64,000 nt of DNA, from positions 1,527,470 to 1,591,469 of the forward strand of contig CAWEWY010000003.1 of assembly GCA_963812905.1 (NCBI GenBank). Direction: 5' to 3'. The stretch's first letter is position 1; the number at the start of each line of letters is the position of its first letter. Positions 51,774-63,432 of this stretch are shown piece by piece. The notes beneath the pieces are model-generated. The model did not search any database, had not been told where the DNA came from, and saw only the letters and a program-made list of their open reading frames with translations. Both the position numbers and the translations under genes were made by a program. The DNA is from an uncultured Solirubrobacterales bacterium (GTDB lineage: Bacteria > Actinomycetota > Thermoleophilia > Solirubrobacterales > 70-9).

Positions 51774-52263
51774 GAACTCCGTTGCCGCCGTATATGACGG
51801 CGAACGGGGGTCGAGTTGGTGCTAGTAGCGCGGCGGCACTTCGCGGCGTTCTTCGGGAAGCGTCGCTTCGCGGCGGCGGGCGCGGTCGGACCAGATCGCC
51901 TCTGAGAAGAAGGAGAGGACGAGGCCTACGACTCCGGCGATCATCAGGATCAGGCCGACGGTGTCGACGCTGACCCCATGAAGCCTGGCTACCCGGGGCC
52001 CAGCGAAGGAAACCTCGACCGCTCGTCTAGCCGCGCATCGCCTTGCCGGCGATCTTCTTCAGCCGGGTCCTGTCGCGCTGCGACAGGGTGTTCGGGCGCC
52101 CCTTCGACTTCGTCACCAGCCACAGGAGTGTCCGCCGTTCCCGCTTCGTCAGGTTGGACTCGATCCGCTCACGACCCTTCTCGACGAGCCAGACGGCGCC
52201 CAACCAGACCAACTTCCAGGGAACGCGCTTCCAGACATGCCGTGCGATCCAGATCGGCATTGG

Positions 52264-53081
52264 TCAAGTCTCTACCCGGCTGGGGGAGACGGCAACCGGG
52301 GCCGGAGGGCGGTGGCCTGGCAGACGGGACACCAGTAGGTGGTGCGGTTGGCGTCGCCCTGGCCGCGGGAGCGCGATCGGCGTGCCGCAGCTGGGGCAGG
52401 GGCGGCCGGCGCGCGGTAGACGGCGCGGGCGCGGCGGCCCTGCGTCGACGGCGTCTCGCATCAGGTCGCGGGCCGCAGGACGACGCGTCGCAGCTGCTCG
52501 TCGGAGAGATCGGCCGACCGGCTGCCAGGGGTCGATGGCGGGCGGCGAAGCAGGCCTCGCTCTTGAAGATGTTGCCGATCCCGGCGACCAGGCGCCTGGT
52601 CGAGCAGGGCGTCGCCGAGGGCGCGGTCGGAGGCCGCGCGGAGCGAGCGGGCGATCGCCTCGGGGTCGAAGTTCGGGAGCGAGGATGTCGGGGCCGAGGC
52701 GGGCGAGGACCGGGTCGCGGCGCAGGGCATCGGACGCTCAGCACCCGCAGGGTCGGGCCGCCGAACTGGACCGCTTCGGCGTCGCTCGGCGCTCAAGCAC
52801 GGCCCAGGCCGCTCGCGGGCGGCTTGCGCCAGGTGGCGCCGCGCTCGTAGACGTGCCAGGAGCCGCTCATGCCGAGGTGGCTGTGCAGGACCAGGTCGCC
52901 GAAGTCGCAGCAGCAGGTGCTTGCCGCGGGCGCTCGACCCGCTCGAGGATCCTGCCGTCGAGCCGCTCGACCCCGGCCGCGCGGCCGCGCGGGTTCGGGG
53001 CGCCGACCTCCACCCGCTCCCCGCTCGAGCGCCTGCCTCGATCCGCCGCGCCGCTCGCAGGATCGTGTCGCCCTCGGCCAC
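52264..53081 (-). CDS. nei: Fpg/Nei-family DNA glycosylase (endonuclease VIII-like); frame changes
   Basis: MAEGDTI… N-terminus; H2TH …LVAGIGNIFKSEACFAARHRP… in the adjacent frame; zinc finger …RPCPSCGTPI… near the C-terminus. Confidence 0.6.
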
Positions 53082-53094
53082 GACTCAGGCCAGG

Positions 53095-54058
53095 GCGGTC
53101 CAGAGGCGGTTCTCGGCCTCGGCGACCTGCTTGGCCGCCGCGTCGATCTCGCGCCAGAGGGCCGGGTCGGGATCGTCGCTCTCGCTGGCGGCGTGGAAGG
53201 CGCCGGCGAGCGTCGGTCCAGCGGGCCGCCGCCTCGGCGGCGAGCGGCGCCTCGGGCCGGCCCGCCTCCTCGAGGAAGCGCGAGTACATGAGGCGGAAGG
53301 CGCCGCCGCCGGTGCCGCGGCGCTCGATCACCTGGTAGCCGAAGCGGGCGCACCACTGCCAGTCCTCGGCGACCTCGGGCCAGCTGCCGGCCTCCTCGGC
53401 GAGGCGCTCGACGGCGTCGAGGCCGGAGAACTCGCGGAACTCGGGCTCGACCATCGCCTTGGCGGCGCGCTCGATCGCCGCCGGGATCGCCTCGCGCAGC
53501 TGCTCCTGGCGTGACCGCGCCGGAGGCGGTGAACATGTGGCCGGCGAGCGGGTAGGCGGGGTGGCTGCTGTGGCGGGCCCTGTCGAGGTCCTCCAGCCGC
53601 GTCGTCGTCTGCAGCTCCTCGAAGCCGGTGTCGGAGAGGTGGGCGAACTCCTCGTCGTAGCCGGCGAGGACCACGGCGTGGCCGGGGAAGTGGGCCGAGT
53701 TGCCGTAGTGGTCGAGGTAGTAGAGGTCGGTGAGCAGGAGGACCGGGTGGCCGGCGTCGACCTCGGCCCGCGCCGCCTCCCAGGCGCCGTCGTCGCCCTC
53801 CTCGAAGGTGCGCAGCTCCAGCGCCGCGCCGGTCAGCTCGCCGAAGTTCTCCTCCAGCCGCGCGGTGCGGCCGTTGAACCAGCGGCTCGGCGAGGCGTCC
53901 TCGAGGGTCACGTAGTAGAAGCAGGCGCCGGCGCCGAGGCCGAAGGCCATCTCCTCGCTGATCTCGGCGCCGTGGAAGCCGAGCAGGTTGCGCAGGGCGG
54001 TCGAGCCGCAGTGGTGGCCGGGCGTGTGGGTGTAGCCGGGGACGGAGGGCATCGCGGA
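53095..54058 (-). CDS. BtrH_N/DUF4872-domain (peptidase C39-like) protein; frame change
   Basis: MPSVPGYTHTPGHHCGSTALRNLLGFHGAEISEEMAFGLGAGACFYY; the C-terminus …AENRLWTALA* is in another frame. Confidence 0.5.
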
Positions 54059-54225
54059 GGGATATTGACTGACGGTGTCGGCGGGCGGGTCCTGTCGCGG
54101 GGTGGGTGGCCCTGCGGGCGGGCGCACGGCTCCGTCCTCGCGCGCCCCCAACACCCGCGCCACCCGCCCGAGAGACCTATCCTGCTCCCGCCTATGCCGG
54201 ACTCGATCTACAGCTGCTGCGCGCG

Positions 54226-54688
54226 ATGCGGACTCGCGGGCACACGCCCGGCGTGGAGAGAGCTGCGAAGGCGCTCGGGAAGGCCGGGAACAACGGGGCG
54301 ATCTGGGTCGGGCTCGGCCTCGTCGTTCTGGCGCTCGCCGACTCGAACGGCGAAGCCTGGTTGATCTGCGCGCTGCTGGCGCCGATCGCGATCGGGCTCA
54401 ACTACGTGGTCAAGCTGATCGTGAAGCGGCCGCGGCCGGTGCTGGAGGGGCTGCCGCCGCTGGGCGGCGCGCCCAGCTCGCTCAGCTTTCCCTCGGCCCA
54501 CGCGACCTCTTCGTTCGCGGTGGCGACCGCGATGACCCGGGTCGACCCGCTTGGCGGCCCTCGCCTTCGTCCTCGCCTTCGCCCTCTCGCTCGGCCGTCC
54601 CTACCTCGGCATGCACTACCCGTCCGACGTCCTCGCCGGCGCCCTGCTCGGCGTCGTCCTGGGCCTGATCGTGCCGCTCTCGCTGTGA
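54226..54688 (+). CDS. PAP2-family phosphatase (C-terminal frame change)
   Basis: KLIVKRPRP, SFPSAHA and, after the shift, LGRPYLGMHYPSDV are the three PAP2 motifs. Confidence 0.7.
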
Positions 54689-55759
54689 AGGTCGGGATCG
54701 TCGGGCTGCCCAACGCGGGCAAGTCGACCCTCTTCAACGCGCTGACCAAGGGCGGCGCCCAGACCGGCGACTACCCGTTCACGACGATCGAGCCCAACGT
54801 CGCGATCGCCCAGGTTCCCGACGAGCGGCTGGAGCGGATCGCCGAGACCGTCCGCAGCTCGAAGCTGGAACCGGCGACGATCGCCTTCCACGACATCGCC
54901 GGCCTGGTCAAGGGCGCCTCGGAGGGGGAGGGGCTCGGCAACCAGTTCCTCGCCTCGATCCGCGAGACCGACGCGATCTGCCACGTCGTCCGCTGCCACG
55001 CCGACTCCGGCGTGCCGCACCCCGACGGCCGCGTCGACCCGCTCGCCGACATCGAGACGATCGAGACCGAGCTGGTGCTCTCCGACTACGAGCAGGCCGA
55101 GCGCCGCCTGCACCGGGTCGGCAAGGGGGCGAAGTCCGGCGACGCCGAGGCGATCGCCGAGCGCGACTGGCTGGAGCAGGTCGTCGCGGCGCTCGGCCGA
55201 GGGCAAGCCGGCCCGCTCGGTCCCGGTCCCCGACGCCGCCGCCCACGGCCCGCGCAACCTGCAGGCGCTGACCTCGAAGCCGATCCTCTACGTCGCCAAC
55301 GTCGACGAGGGCGACGCCGAGGCGCCCGAGGCCGTGGCCGCCCACGCCGAGGCGGTCGGCGCCGGCGTCGTCGCGGTCAGCGCCCGGATCGAGGGCGAGC
55401 TGGCCGAGCTCGACCCGGCCGAAGCCGAGGAGATGCGCGAGTCCTACGGGGTCGAGGGCTCCGGCCTGGCCCGCCTGGTCCGCGCCGCCTACGACCTGCT
55501 CGAGCTGATCACCTTCTTCACCGCCGGCGAGGACAAGGAGGCGGTCGCCCGCCCGCTCGCCCGCGGCTCGACCGCCTGGGAGGCGGCGGGGACGATCCAC
55601 ACCGAGATCCAGGACGCCTTCGTCAAGGCCGAGGCGATCGGCTGGCAGGAGCTGGTCGAGTGCGGCGGCTACGCGCCGGCCCGCGACAAGGGCCTGCTGC
55701 GGATCGAGGGCCGCGACTACGTCGTCCCCGACGGCGACGTGATCACGATCAAGGTCTAG
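54685..55759 (+). CDS. ychF: Redox-regulated ATPase YchF (frame changes mid-gene)
   Basis: GTG start overlaps the PAP2 stop (GTGA); VKVGIVGLPNAGKSTLFNALT…; TGS C-terminus …RIEGRDYVVPDGDVITIKV*. Confidence 0.85.
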
Positions 55760-55797
55760 CCTCCGCCCGGTCCGACCTGCGGCTCTAGGGTTCCGGC

Positions 55798-56788
55798 ATG
55801 GACGAAGGAGCGCGCTTCCCGCAGGTGGCCGCGAAGGCCGGCCACTACGAGAGCTTCTACATCAAGGCCTGCCGGCCCGGCGGCGGCCAGGGGATCTGGA
55901 TCCGCCACACGGTCCACAAGCGCCCCGGGGCCGAGCCGAACGCCTCGATCTGGTTCGTCCTCTTCGACCGCGAGGCCGAGGGGCCGCGGGCGACCAAGGT
56001 GACGGTGCCGGCGGCGGAGCTGTCGGCGCCGGCCGGGTCCTGGATCCGGGTCGACCGGGCCGAGATCGGCCCCGGCCAGGCGAGCGGCTCGATCGAGACC
56101 GATGCGCTGAAGGCCACCTGGGACCTGACCTTCGCCGGCGACGCCGAGCCCTGCAAGTACCTGCCGGCCGACTGGCTCTACGAGGCGCCGGTGCCCCGCA
56201 CCAAGTTCGTCGCCCCCTTCCCGAGCGCCCGCTTCGACGGCCGGCTGGAGGTCGACGGCGAGGAGATCGAGCTCGGCGGCTGGCCGGGGATGATCGGCCA
56301 CAACTGGGGCAGCGAGCACGCCGAGCGCTGGGTCTGGCTGGAGGGGACCGGCTTCGCGGACGCGCCCGACACCTACTTCGACGCCGGCGCCGCCCGGATC
56401 AAGATCGGCCGCTGGACGACCCCCTGGCTGCCCTCGGGGATGCTGGTCCTCGACGGCGAGGCCCACCGCCTCGGCGGCTTCGGCAAGATCCGCTCGGCCT
56501 CGATCGAGGAGTCCCCGACCGCCTGCGAGTTCGTCCTGCCGGGCAAGGACATCGTCGTCCGCGGCCGCGTCTCGGCCCCGCAGAAGGACTTCGTCGGCTG
56601 GGTCTACGCCGACCCCAAGGGCCCCGAGCACCACACCGTCAACTGCTCGGTCTCCGACCTCGAGCTGACGGTCGAGCGCCCGGGCCAGCCCGCCCGCGCA
56701 GCTGACCCTCTCCGCCGGCGCCGCCTACGAGTTCGGCATGCGCGAGACCGACCACGGCATCCCGATCCAGCCCTACTCCGACGGCTGA
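55798..56788 (+). CDS. Hypothetical protein (~330 aa; C-terminal frame change)
   Basis: …GHYESFYIKACRPGGGQGIWIRHTVHKRPG…; the true end …QLTLSAGAAYEFGMRETDHGIPIQPYSDG* is in the adjacent frame. Confidence 0.4.
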
Positions 56789-56799
56789 GTCGCGCCGCC

Positions 56800-57927
56800 C
56801 GCCGGCCACCTTGCCGTTGACTACCTTGACGAACGTCATCCAGCGCTCGTAGGCGCCGAGCGCGGCCTCGAGCTGGTCGCCGCGGACCTTGGTCACGCCG
56901 CCGGTCCCGTAGAGCTTGCGCCCAGACGATCCGGGGCGAGACGCCGCGCTTGGTGACGACGACTTTCTCCAGTGCCCCGTCGAGGTAGCCGCCGAGCCTG
57001 GCGCTGATTTCCGGCCCGGAGAATCTGAGCGTCCAGTTGTGCAGCGGGCAGTAGTAGTCGTAGGGGTCGGGGACGCCGACCAGGTAGGGGACCGACGGGC
57101 CGAAGAAGACGTTCTGGACGCTCTCGGTGTGGCCGCCCGAGCAGGCGGAGAAGTAGGTCTCGGCGATCTTGCCGCCGTACATCACGACCTGGCCCTTGGT
57201 CGCGTTCGCCGCGGCGTTGGTCGAGGCGGTCTCGCTGGCGAGGCCCCCGTAGACCTGGCTGCGGGTGTCGTTGTAGAGGTCGAAGCCGTTGCCGCCGACG
57301 CCGGCGCTGAGGGCGAAGGAGCGTGACTGCGACCGCCTGCGCGCGCAGCTCCGCCCGCGGCCAGGAGGGCGGCGACTCGTTGGCGATCACGCCCTTCACG
57401 TACTGCTCGAGCGCCAGCGCGTTGACGACGTTGAGCGAGCCGACGTCGCTGTCGGTCGGCACGACCTCGAGCGCGCCGCGGTAGGTGCCGATGCCGGCGA
57501 TCGCGATCCTGCCGTGCCCGGCGGCGCGCAGCTTGCGCCCGCAGTCGGCCAGCGGCCTTGCCCGCCGGAGCTGCGCAGCTTCACCCGCGAGCCGTTGCGG
57601 TGCGCCTCGTAGTTGCGCGCCGGGTCGAGCGCCTTGCCGCAGGCGCTGGTGGCGCCGCTGAAGCCGACGTCGCCCGGGGAGATGTCGAGCAGGACGCGGA
57701 CGATCCGCGGTCCCGGCAACCTGGCCGATCGTGGTCCCCTGGTAGTAGTGGGCGAGGATGAAGCGGTAGCCCTTGCCGTGCAGGGCGTAGCCGTAGGCGC
57801 CGTACTGGCTGACGCCGACGCCGTGGCCGAAGCCGTGTCCCTTGACCACCCAGGAGACGCTCGCGTTGGCGCTGGGCGCGAGGGCCAGCGCCGCCACGGC
57901 GGTGGCGAGGGCGACTCGACGGAGCAT
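56800..57927 (-). CDS. SpoIID/LytB-domain protein (frame changes)
   Basis: Signal peptide MLRRVALATAVAALALAPSANA; GHGFGHGVGVSQYGAYGYA motif; C-terminal part …YFSACSGGHTESVQNVFFGPSVPYLVGVPDPYD…; the 3' end is approximate. Confidence 0.65.
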
Positions 57928-58000
57928 GCGCCAGGGAGGTGCATCTCTCGACTGAACAGATTCGCCCTGCGCGAGTCGCGGCCTGCATTACCCTTGGCTT

Positions 58001-58043
58001 CCGGTGCGCTTTATGTGGTCATATCCCGCATAAAGCGCACCGG
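58001..58043. repeat. REP-like family R, copy 3
   Basis: ccggtgcgctttatgtggtcatatcccgcataaagcgcaccgg, preceded by ggcttc as in copy 1. Confidence 0.75.
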
Positions 58044-58063
58044 AACGAAAGGAGACCCCGGAT

Positions 58064-59511
58064 ATGGCGACGCAGACGGTGCAGGCGGTCGATCACAAGC
58101 TCCTCGCCGCGGGCGAGTGGCTGGAGACCGGCGAGTGGGGCGAGGTCAAGAGTCCCTACGACGGGACCGTCGTCGGCCGGGTCGCCGAAGGCGACGCCGC
58201 GCTCGTCGACCGCGCCGCCAAGGCCGCGCAGGAGGCCTTCGAGTCGGCCGACTTCCCCCAGCACGAGCGCGCCGCCGTGCTCGACCGCGCCGCCGAGCTG
58301 GTCGGCGAACGGGTCGAGGACCTGGCCCTGACGATCGCCGCCGAGGCCGGCAAGCCGCTGAAGACGGCACGGGTCGAGGCGGCTCGCAGCGTCGACACCC
58401 TCACCTTCTCCGCCACCGAGGCGCGCAAGCTGACCGGCGGCACGGTGCCGATGGAGGCCTCGCCGGCGGGCGCCGGCAAGCTCGGCGTGATGCTGCGCGT
58501 CCCCTACGGCGTCGTCGGCGCGATCAGCCCCTTCAACTTCCCGCTCAACCTGGTCGCCCACAAGCTCGGCCCGGCGATCGCCGCCGGCAACGCGATCGTG
58601 CTCAAGCCGGCCGGGCAGACGCCGATCTCGGCCCTGAAGCTGGCCGAGATCCTGGTCGAGGCCGGCCTGCCGCAGGGCTGGCTCAGCGTCATCCCCGGGC
58701 CCCGGCAGGGAGGTCGGCAACGCGATCGTCGAGCACGAGCTGACCCGCGCGCTCACCTTCACCGGCTCGGCCGGAGTCGGCTGGGGCATCCGCAGCCGCG
58801 TTCCACACAAGAAGGTCAACCTGGAGCTGGGCTCAAACGCACCGCTGATCGTCCACGCCGACGGCGACTGGGAGACGGCGGCGGACAAGGCGAAGCTGCA
58901 CGCCTTCTCGCACGCCGGGCAGAGCTGCATCTCGATCCAGCGCGTCCTCGTGCACGAGGACGTCGCCGACGCGTTCATCCGAGCGCTTCGTCGCCAACGC
59001 CGAGGCGCTGCGGGTCGGCGACCCGCTCGATCCCGAGACCGACGTCGGGCCGCTGATCTCGCCCGGCGATCGCGACCGGGTCAAGGAGTGGGTCGACGAG
59101 GCGGTCGCGGCCGGAGCCGAGCTGCTCACCGGCGGCGAGCTCGTCGACGAGGGCCGCTGCCTCGCCCCGACCCTGCTCGGCTCGCCGCCGCGCGAGACCA
59201 AGGTCTGGTGCGAGGAGATCTTCGGCCCGGTGGCGACGATCGACCGCTACTCGGATTTCGGCGAGGCGCTGCGGATGGCCAACGACTCCAAGTTCGGCCT
59301 TCAGGCCGGAGTCTTCACCCGCGACGTCGGCCGCGGGCTGGAGGCGGCCAACACGCTCGAGTTCGGCGGCGTCCTGATCAACGAGGTCCCCACCTTCCGC
59401 GCCGACCAGATGCCCTACGGCGGCGTCAAGGACTCCGGCAACACCCGCGAGGGCCCCGCCTTCGCAGTCTACGAGCTAACCGAGGAGCGCTTCGTCACCC
59501 TGCAGGGTTGA
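58064..59511 (+). CDS. Aldehyde dehydrogenase-family protein (frame changes in the middle third)
   Basis: …GAISPFNFPLNLVAHKLGPAIAAGNAIVLKPA…; C-terminus …GGVLINEVPTFRADQMPYGGVKDSGNTREGP…. Confidence 0.75.
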
Positions 59512-62008
59512 GGCTCTCCGAACTCTCCTCGGGCTTGGTTTCGGCCTCGAAGGTCCTAAAGGGCACCGAGGCGACGATACAGAGGGCCGCACGGAGCAGC
59601 AGTTCCTGCGCCTGGCGCGGCTCGCCAACGATCCGGCCCCGAAATCGTGGGTTGTAGCGCGCCCGAGAGAGGCTGACCATGCGGAGGTCGTCGCGCTGCA
59701 GGCAATGTGCGATCTTCCGCTCGGTGACCACACGCCGTTTTCCGCTTTTGCCTCTGTACACGTACTCGGGCACTGTCTCGCAGAGTTGTTCGCGTGCATA
59801 TTTGATTGTCGGATTGCTGGTCGCGATTTGTCCCAAGAACTCATTGGACATCCAGATCCAGCAATCTGGCAACGAGGGCTTGAGCGGGCTTGAGCCCTTC
59901 AGGCTGAGCCAACTGCGGCCGACGTTGCGTAGTTTCGTGAGTGATTTCTTTTCTATGTCGTCGTCAACACGTTTGATCCCGTCGGGAGCATGGAAGATCC
60001 TGACCGTGTCACCAAAGCGGCCGCTTGTCCATTTGGTGCACTCCTGCTTTAGGTCGGTCCACAGGCTCTCCGGATCGCGTGGCCCTTCCATCTCCCCGGA
60101 GCTCTCCGATTGGCTGGGGTGCTGCAGGCCGGCGTCAATGCCGCGGATGATTGTCTCCATGTCCCCGGGGAGAACGATGCAGATTCTTCCCCGAGCGCTG
60201 GAATTTTCGACCAGTGCCCGTCGCGTGCGCACGTTTTCCACGTACTCGACGATGCTGTCCTCGTCGTGGTAGAGCGCCGATGCGTGCTGCTGCAAAGCCC
60301 TGTCGCTGAGAAGGAAGGTCGGCGGCTCGTTTCGAAGGATGAAGAGAAGACCCTGGCTCGTTCCCGCGGCCCTTGAGAGGAGATCGTCGATGGATCGCTG
60401 AAAGAGTGTGCTCCGCAAGTTCCCGTCTTGCTGTACCTCGAGGCGCTCCGGCACTGTCAGCCGGCCCTCTCTTTTCATGGTGCTCACACGCTTTCTCAGG
60501 TCTACTCCGCTCGGCTTGTGGACCAGTTCGTCGTGGTCTAGCCAGGTAGCGGCAAGGTCGAGACGGTGCTTCTTCGCCGCGGCGCCGGCCAGCCGGCCGA
60601 TGGTTCGGGCGATTTCCGGTACCCAGAAATCCCGCTGGGCGCGTTCGACCGGTCCCTGTGGACTGTCGGCAAGGAAATGACCCAGGCCACCGATCGAGAG
60701 CATGTTGATTCCGTCTGGGGGGCCCGAGTCGAGCACGCTCCGCGGTTGCACTATCGGATCGTTGCCACCGACCACAAAGAGCATACGTTGGCGGAAGGCG
60801 ACCAGACGACTCTGGAAGCTTCCGCGATACTCCTGCTCGAATACCTCGTAGAAGGTGCGCTTCAGATAGAGGAAGAGATACAGATTTATGCCGGCTAGTA
60901 GGCCGTCGGCGGATTGTTGGAAGCGCCAGTCCATCATCGCGTCGTCAAGCTCGTAACGGAGCGAGTGCAGGACGGTTTGCCACTCTTCCGGATCGGCAAA
61001 TGCCGTCGGTGCCAGTTCTCGCATCGCTCCTCCGGAGAGCAGCGTCGAACAGGATGAGACGAGGAATGGCCAGGACATGAACACCGACTGCGCCGTGAAG
61101 CCCCCGAGGCTGTAGCCGATTACATGCAGCTCGGGCTCCGCGTCGGCGTCGAACTTGTCCCCGTTGCGTCGTGCGCGCGGGCCGAGTGCCCTGCGGAGGG
61201 AGGCGATCGCTTGTTTGAAGGCGGTCAGGTCCGGCTCTCTGCACATCCTTGGTGAGCTATCGCGGTGTTCGTTGATTACTTGCTTCGACGCATCGAAGTG
61301 GGCTTTCCACTCCCGCTGCATCTCTCGCGCGAGCAGCCCCGATTCCAAACGACTTCCGGACACGGAGTCGTTCTCGAGCAGCAGTCCCGAACCCGAGACA
61401 CAACGGTACGTCGAGTGGTTGCCAATGCAGCTCAGCAACCACCTTGTCTCGATCATGTAACGGAGGAATTGACGGAACAGGTGAAGACCGTCCCACAGGT
61501 AGTGATCGAGCGGTGTCTCGGAGAGGCCGGGGTAAGAACAGCGGCTGAGGTGTCCCGGGAACGGTCGCACCAGGCACACGGTGTTCTCGTCCTGGGCGAT
61601 CAGGTGTGAGCCGATTTCGTAATAGAGCCCCAATTTTCGCAGCTCATTAAGGCCATTGTGCATCAGGAAGATGCGGCTGACCTTCTTTCTTTTCGGGTTC
61701 GGGTGGGAAAGAAGGCGAAGCGTGTGGAAGCTCTCGACCGGGCCCATGTTTACCTGATCCTGGCCGAGGCGGTGAAGGCCGTGGATCGGTGCCGAGGGGA
61801 AACGGAGAACCCGCTCGCGAATGGGAGTGGCAAGCTCCCTTCCATCCTCGCCATTCTCAATATTGCGATCGAGAATTCCCAGATCGGCGTCTACGTCCCA
61901 CCCTTCCAAGCCGAGCCTCGGTTTTGGCCAGGAGTCGTCGCTGAGAGCCAGCTCCGCATCCCGCTCCCCCATCCTGATCTCCCGTGCAGCTTTGAACGAA
62001 ACTTTCAA
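59495..62008 (-). CDS. 837-aa alpha/beta-hydrolase-fold protein (GYSLGG nucleophile elbow) with a large uncharacterised C-terminal region; AT-richer than the flanks
   Basis: Uninterrupted ORF; GGGAGA RBS; …RIFLMHNGLNE… and …HVIGYSLGGFTAQSVF… are hydrolase-fold motifs. Confidence 0.65.
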   Translation of the reverse strand: MKVSFKAAREIRMGERDAELALSDDSWPKPRLGLEGWDVDADLGILDRNIENGEDGRELATPIRERVLRFPSAPIHGLHRLGQDQVNMGPVESFHTLRLLSHPNPKRKKVSRIFLMHNGLNELRKLGLYYEIGSHLIAQDENTVCLVRPFPGHLSRCSYPGLSETPLDHYLWDGLHLFRQFLRYMIETRWLLSCIGNHSTYRCVSGSGLLLENDSVSGSRLESGLLAREMQREWKAHFDASKQVINEHRDSSPRMCREPDLTAFKQAIASLRRALGPRARRNGDKFDADAEPELHVIGYSLGGFTAQSVFMSWPFLVSSCSTLLSGGAMRELAPTAFADPEEWQTVLHSLRYELDDAMMDWRFQQSADGLLAGINLYLFLYLKRTFYEVFEQEYRGSFQSRLVAFRQRMLFVVGGNDPIVQPRSVLDSGPPDGINMLSIGGLGHFLADSPQGPVERAQRDFWVPEIARTIGRLAGAAAKKHRLDLAATWLDHDELVHKPSGVDLRKRVSTMKREGRLTVPERLEVQQDGNLRSTLFQRSIDDLLSRAAGTSQGLLFILRNEPPTFLLSDRALQQHASALYHDEDSIVEYVENVRTRRALVENSSARGRICIVLPGDMETIIRGIDAGLQHPSQSESSGEMEGPRDPESLWTDLKQECTKWTSGRFGDTVRIFHAPDGIKRVDDDIEKKSLTKLRNVGRSWLSLKGSSPLKPSLPDCWIWMSNEFLGQIATSNPTIKYAREQLCETVPEYVYRGKSGKRRVVTERKIAHCLQRDDLRMVSLSRARYNPRFRGRIVGEPRQAQELLLRAALCIVASVPFRTFEAETKPEESSESLNPAG

Positions 62009-62039
62009 AGCAATGGGAACTTTATACAGAACGACCGCG

Positions 62040-62066
62040 AGGAGCTGTCAGCTCCTCGCGGGGGGC
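62040..62066 (-). terminator. Hairpin downstream of fumC
   Basis: cgcgaggagctg-tca-gctcctcgcg. Confidence 0.5.
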
Positions 62067-62077
62067 TCGCGGCTTCG

Positions 62078-63406
62078 TTACTCGTGCGGCCGAGCCATGC
62101 GGCGGTGGTCGAGCGCCTCCTCGAGGACCGCGGGCTCGACGCCCTGCTCCAGGGCGACCTCGCGCAGGGAGCGGCCGGACTCGGCGGCGGCCTTGACGAT
62201 GTCGGCGGCGCGGTCGTAGCCGATGTGGGGGTTGAGCGCGGTCGCCGTCGCCAGGGTCGCCTCGGCGTGGCGCTCGGTCATCTCCTCGTTGGCCTCGATC
62301 CCGGCGACGCACTTCTCGTTCAGCAGGCGCGAGGCGGAGGCGAGCAGCTTGATCGAGTCGAGCAGGTTGCGGGCGATCAGCGGCACCCGCACGTTGAGCT
62401 CGAACTGGCCCTGGCTGCCGGCGACGGTGATCGCGGCGTCGTTGCCGATCACCTGGGCGGCGACCTGGATCACGACCTCGGGGATCACCGGGTTGACCTT
62501 GCCGGGCATGATCGAGGAGCCCTTCTGCAGCTCGGGCAGGCGCAGCTCGGCGAGGCCGGCGCGCGGGCCGGAGCCCATCAGCGCCAGGTCGTTGGCGATC
62601 TTGTTGAGCGAGACGGCGTAGACCTTGAGCGCGCCCGAGAGCTCGACCAGGGCGTCGCGGTTGCCCTGCGCCTCGAAGGGGTCGAGCGGCGCGGAGATCT
62701 CCAGGCCGGTCTCGGCGGCGAGCTTCTCGCGCACCTTGGCGGCGAACTCGGGGTGGGTGTTGAGGCCGGTGCCGGTCGCGGTGCCGCCGAGCGGGATCTG
62801 GCCGACCCGGCGCAGCGTCGCCTCGACCCGCTGCACGCCGAGCCGCACCTGCGCGGCGTAGCCGCCGAACTCCTGGCCGAGGGTGACCGGGACCGCGTCC
62901 ATCAGGTGGGTGCGCCCGGCCTTGACGACGTCGGCGAACTGCTCGGCCTTGGCCTCCAGCGCCGCCTCCAGCCCGCCCATCGCCGGCAGCAGGTCGTGGG
63001 TCACCTCGCCCAGCGCCGCCAGGTGGACGGCGGAGGGGAAGACGTCGTTGGAGGACTGGCCCATGTTGACGTGGTCGTTGGCGTGGGCCCCGTCGCCGGC
63101 GAGGTTGGCGAGCACCTCGTTGGCGTTCATGTTCGAGGAGGTGCCGGAGCCGGTCTGGAAGACGTCGACCGGGAACTGCTCGTCGTGCTCGCCGGCGGCG
63201 ACCGCGTCGCCGGCGGCCGCGATCCGCTCCGCGAGGTCGGGGTCGAGCCCGCCCAGCTCGCCGTTGACCAGCGCCGCGGCGGCCTTCAGCCGGCCCAGCC
63301 AGCGGACGACGGGAACGGGGACTCGCTCGCCCGAAACCGGGAAGTTGTCCACTGCCTTGGTGGTCTCGCCACCCCAGAGCTGCTCAGTCAAAGTCCGTGC
63401 CTCCAT
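62078..63406 (-). CDS. fumC: Class II fumarate hydratase
   Basis: MEARTLTEQLWGGETTKAVDNF…GSSIMPGKVNP is the class II fumarase signature. Confidence 0.9.
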   Translation of the reverse strand: MEARTLTEQLWGGETTKAVDNFPVSGERVPVPVVRWLGRLKAAAALVNGELGGLDPDLAERIAAAGDAVAAGEHDEQFPVDVFQTGSGTSSNMNANEVLANLAGDGAHANDHVNMGQSSNDVFPSAVHLAALGEVTHDLLPAMGGLEAALEAKAEQFADVVKAGRTHLMDAVPVTLGQEFGGYAAQVRLGVQRVEATLRRVGQIPLGGTATGTGLNTHPEFAAKVREKLAAETGLEISAPLDPFEAQGNRDALVELSGALKVYAVSLNKIANDLALMGSGPRAGLAELRLPELQKGSSIMPGKVNPVIPEVVIQVAAQVIGNDAAITVAGSQGQFELNVRVPLIARNLLDSIKLLASASRLLNEKCVAGIEANEEMTERHAEATLATATALNPHIGYDRAADIVKAAAESGRSLREVALEQGVEPAVLEEALDHRRMARPHE

Positions 63407-63432
63407 CGAAGTCGTTGTGTCCCGAAGCGTAT

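Noticed and set aside
51978-53338. Plus-strand ORFs 51978..52850 and 52043..53338, and the small basic 52027..52260 minus ORF
   Set aside because: These are Arg-rich translations antisense to nei and the BtrH_N-domain gene. The 77-aa basic ORF has no recognisable features or RBS, so I could not support it as a gene.
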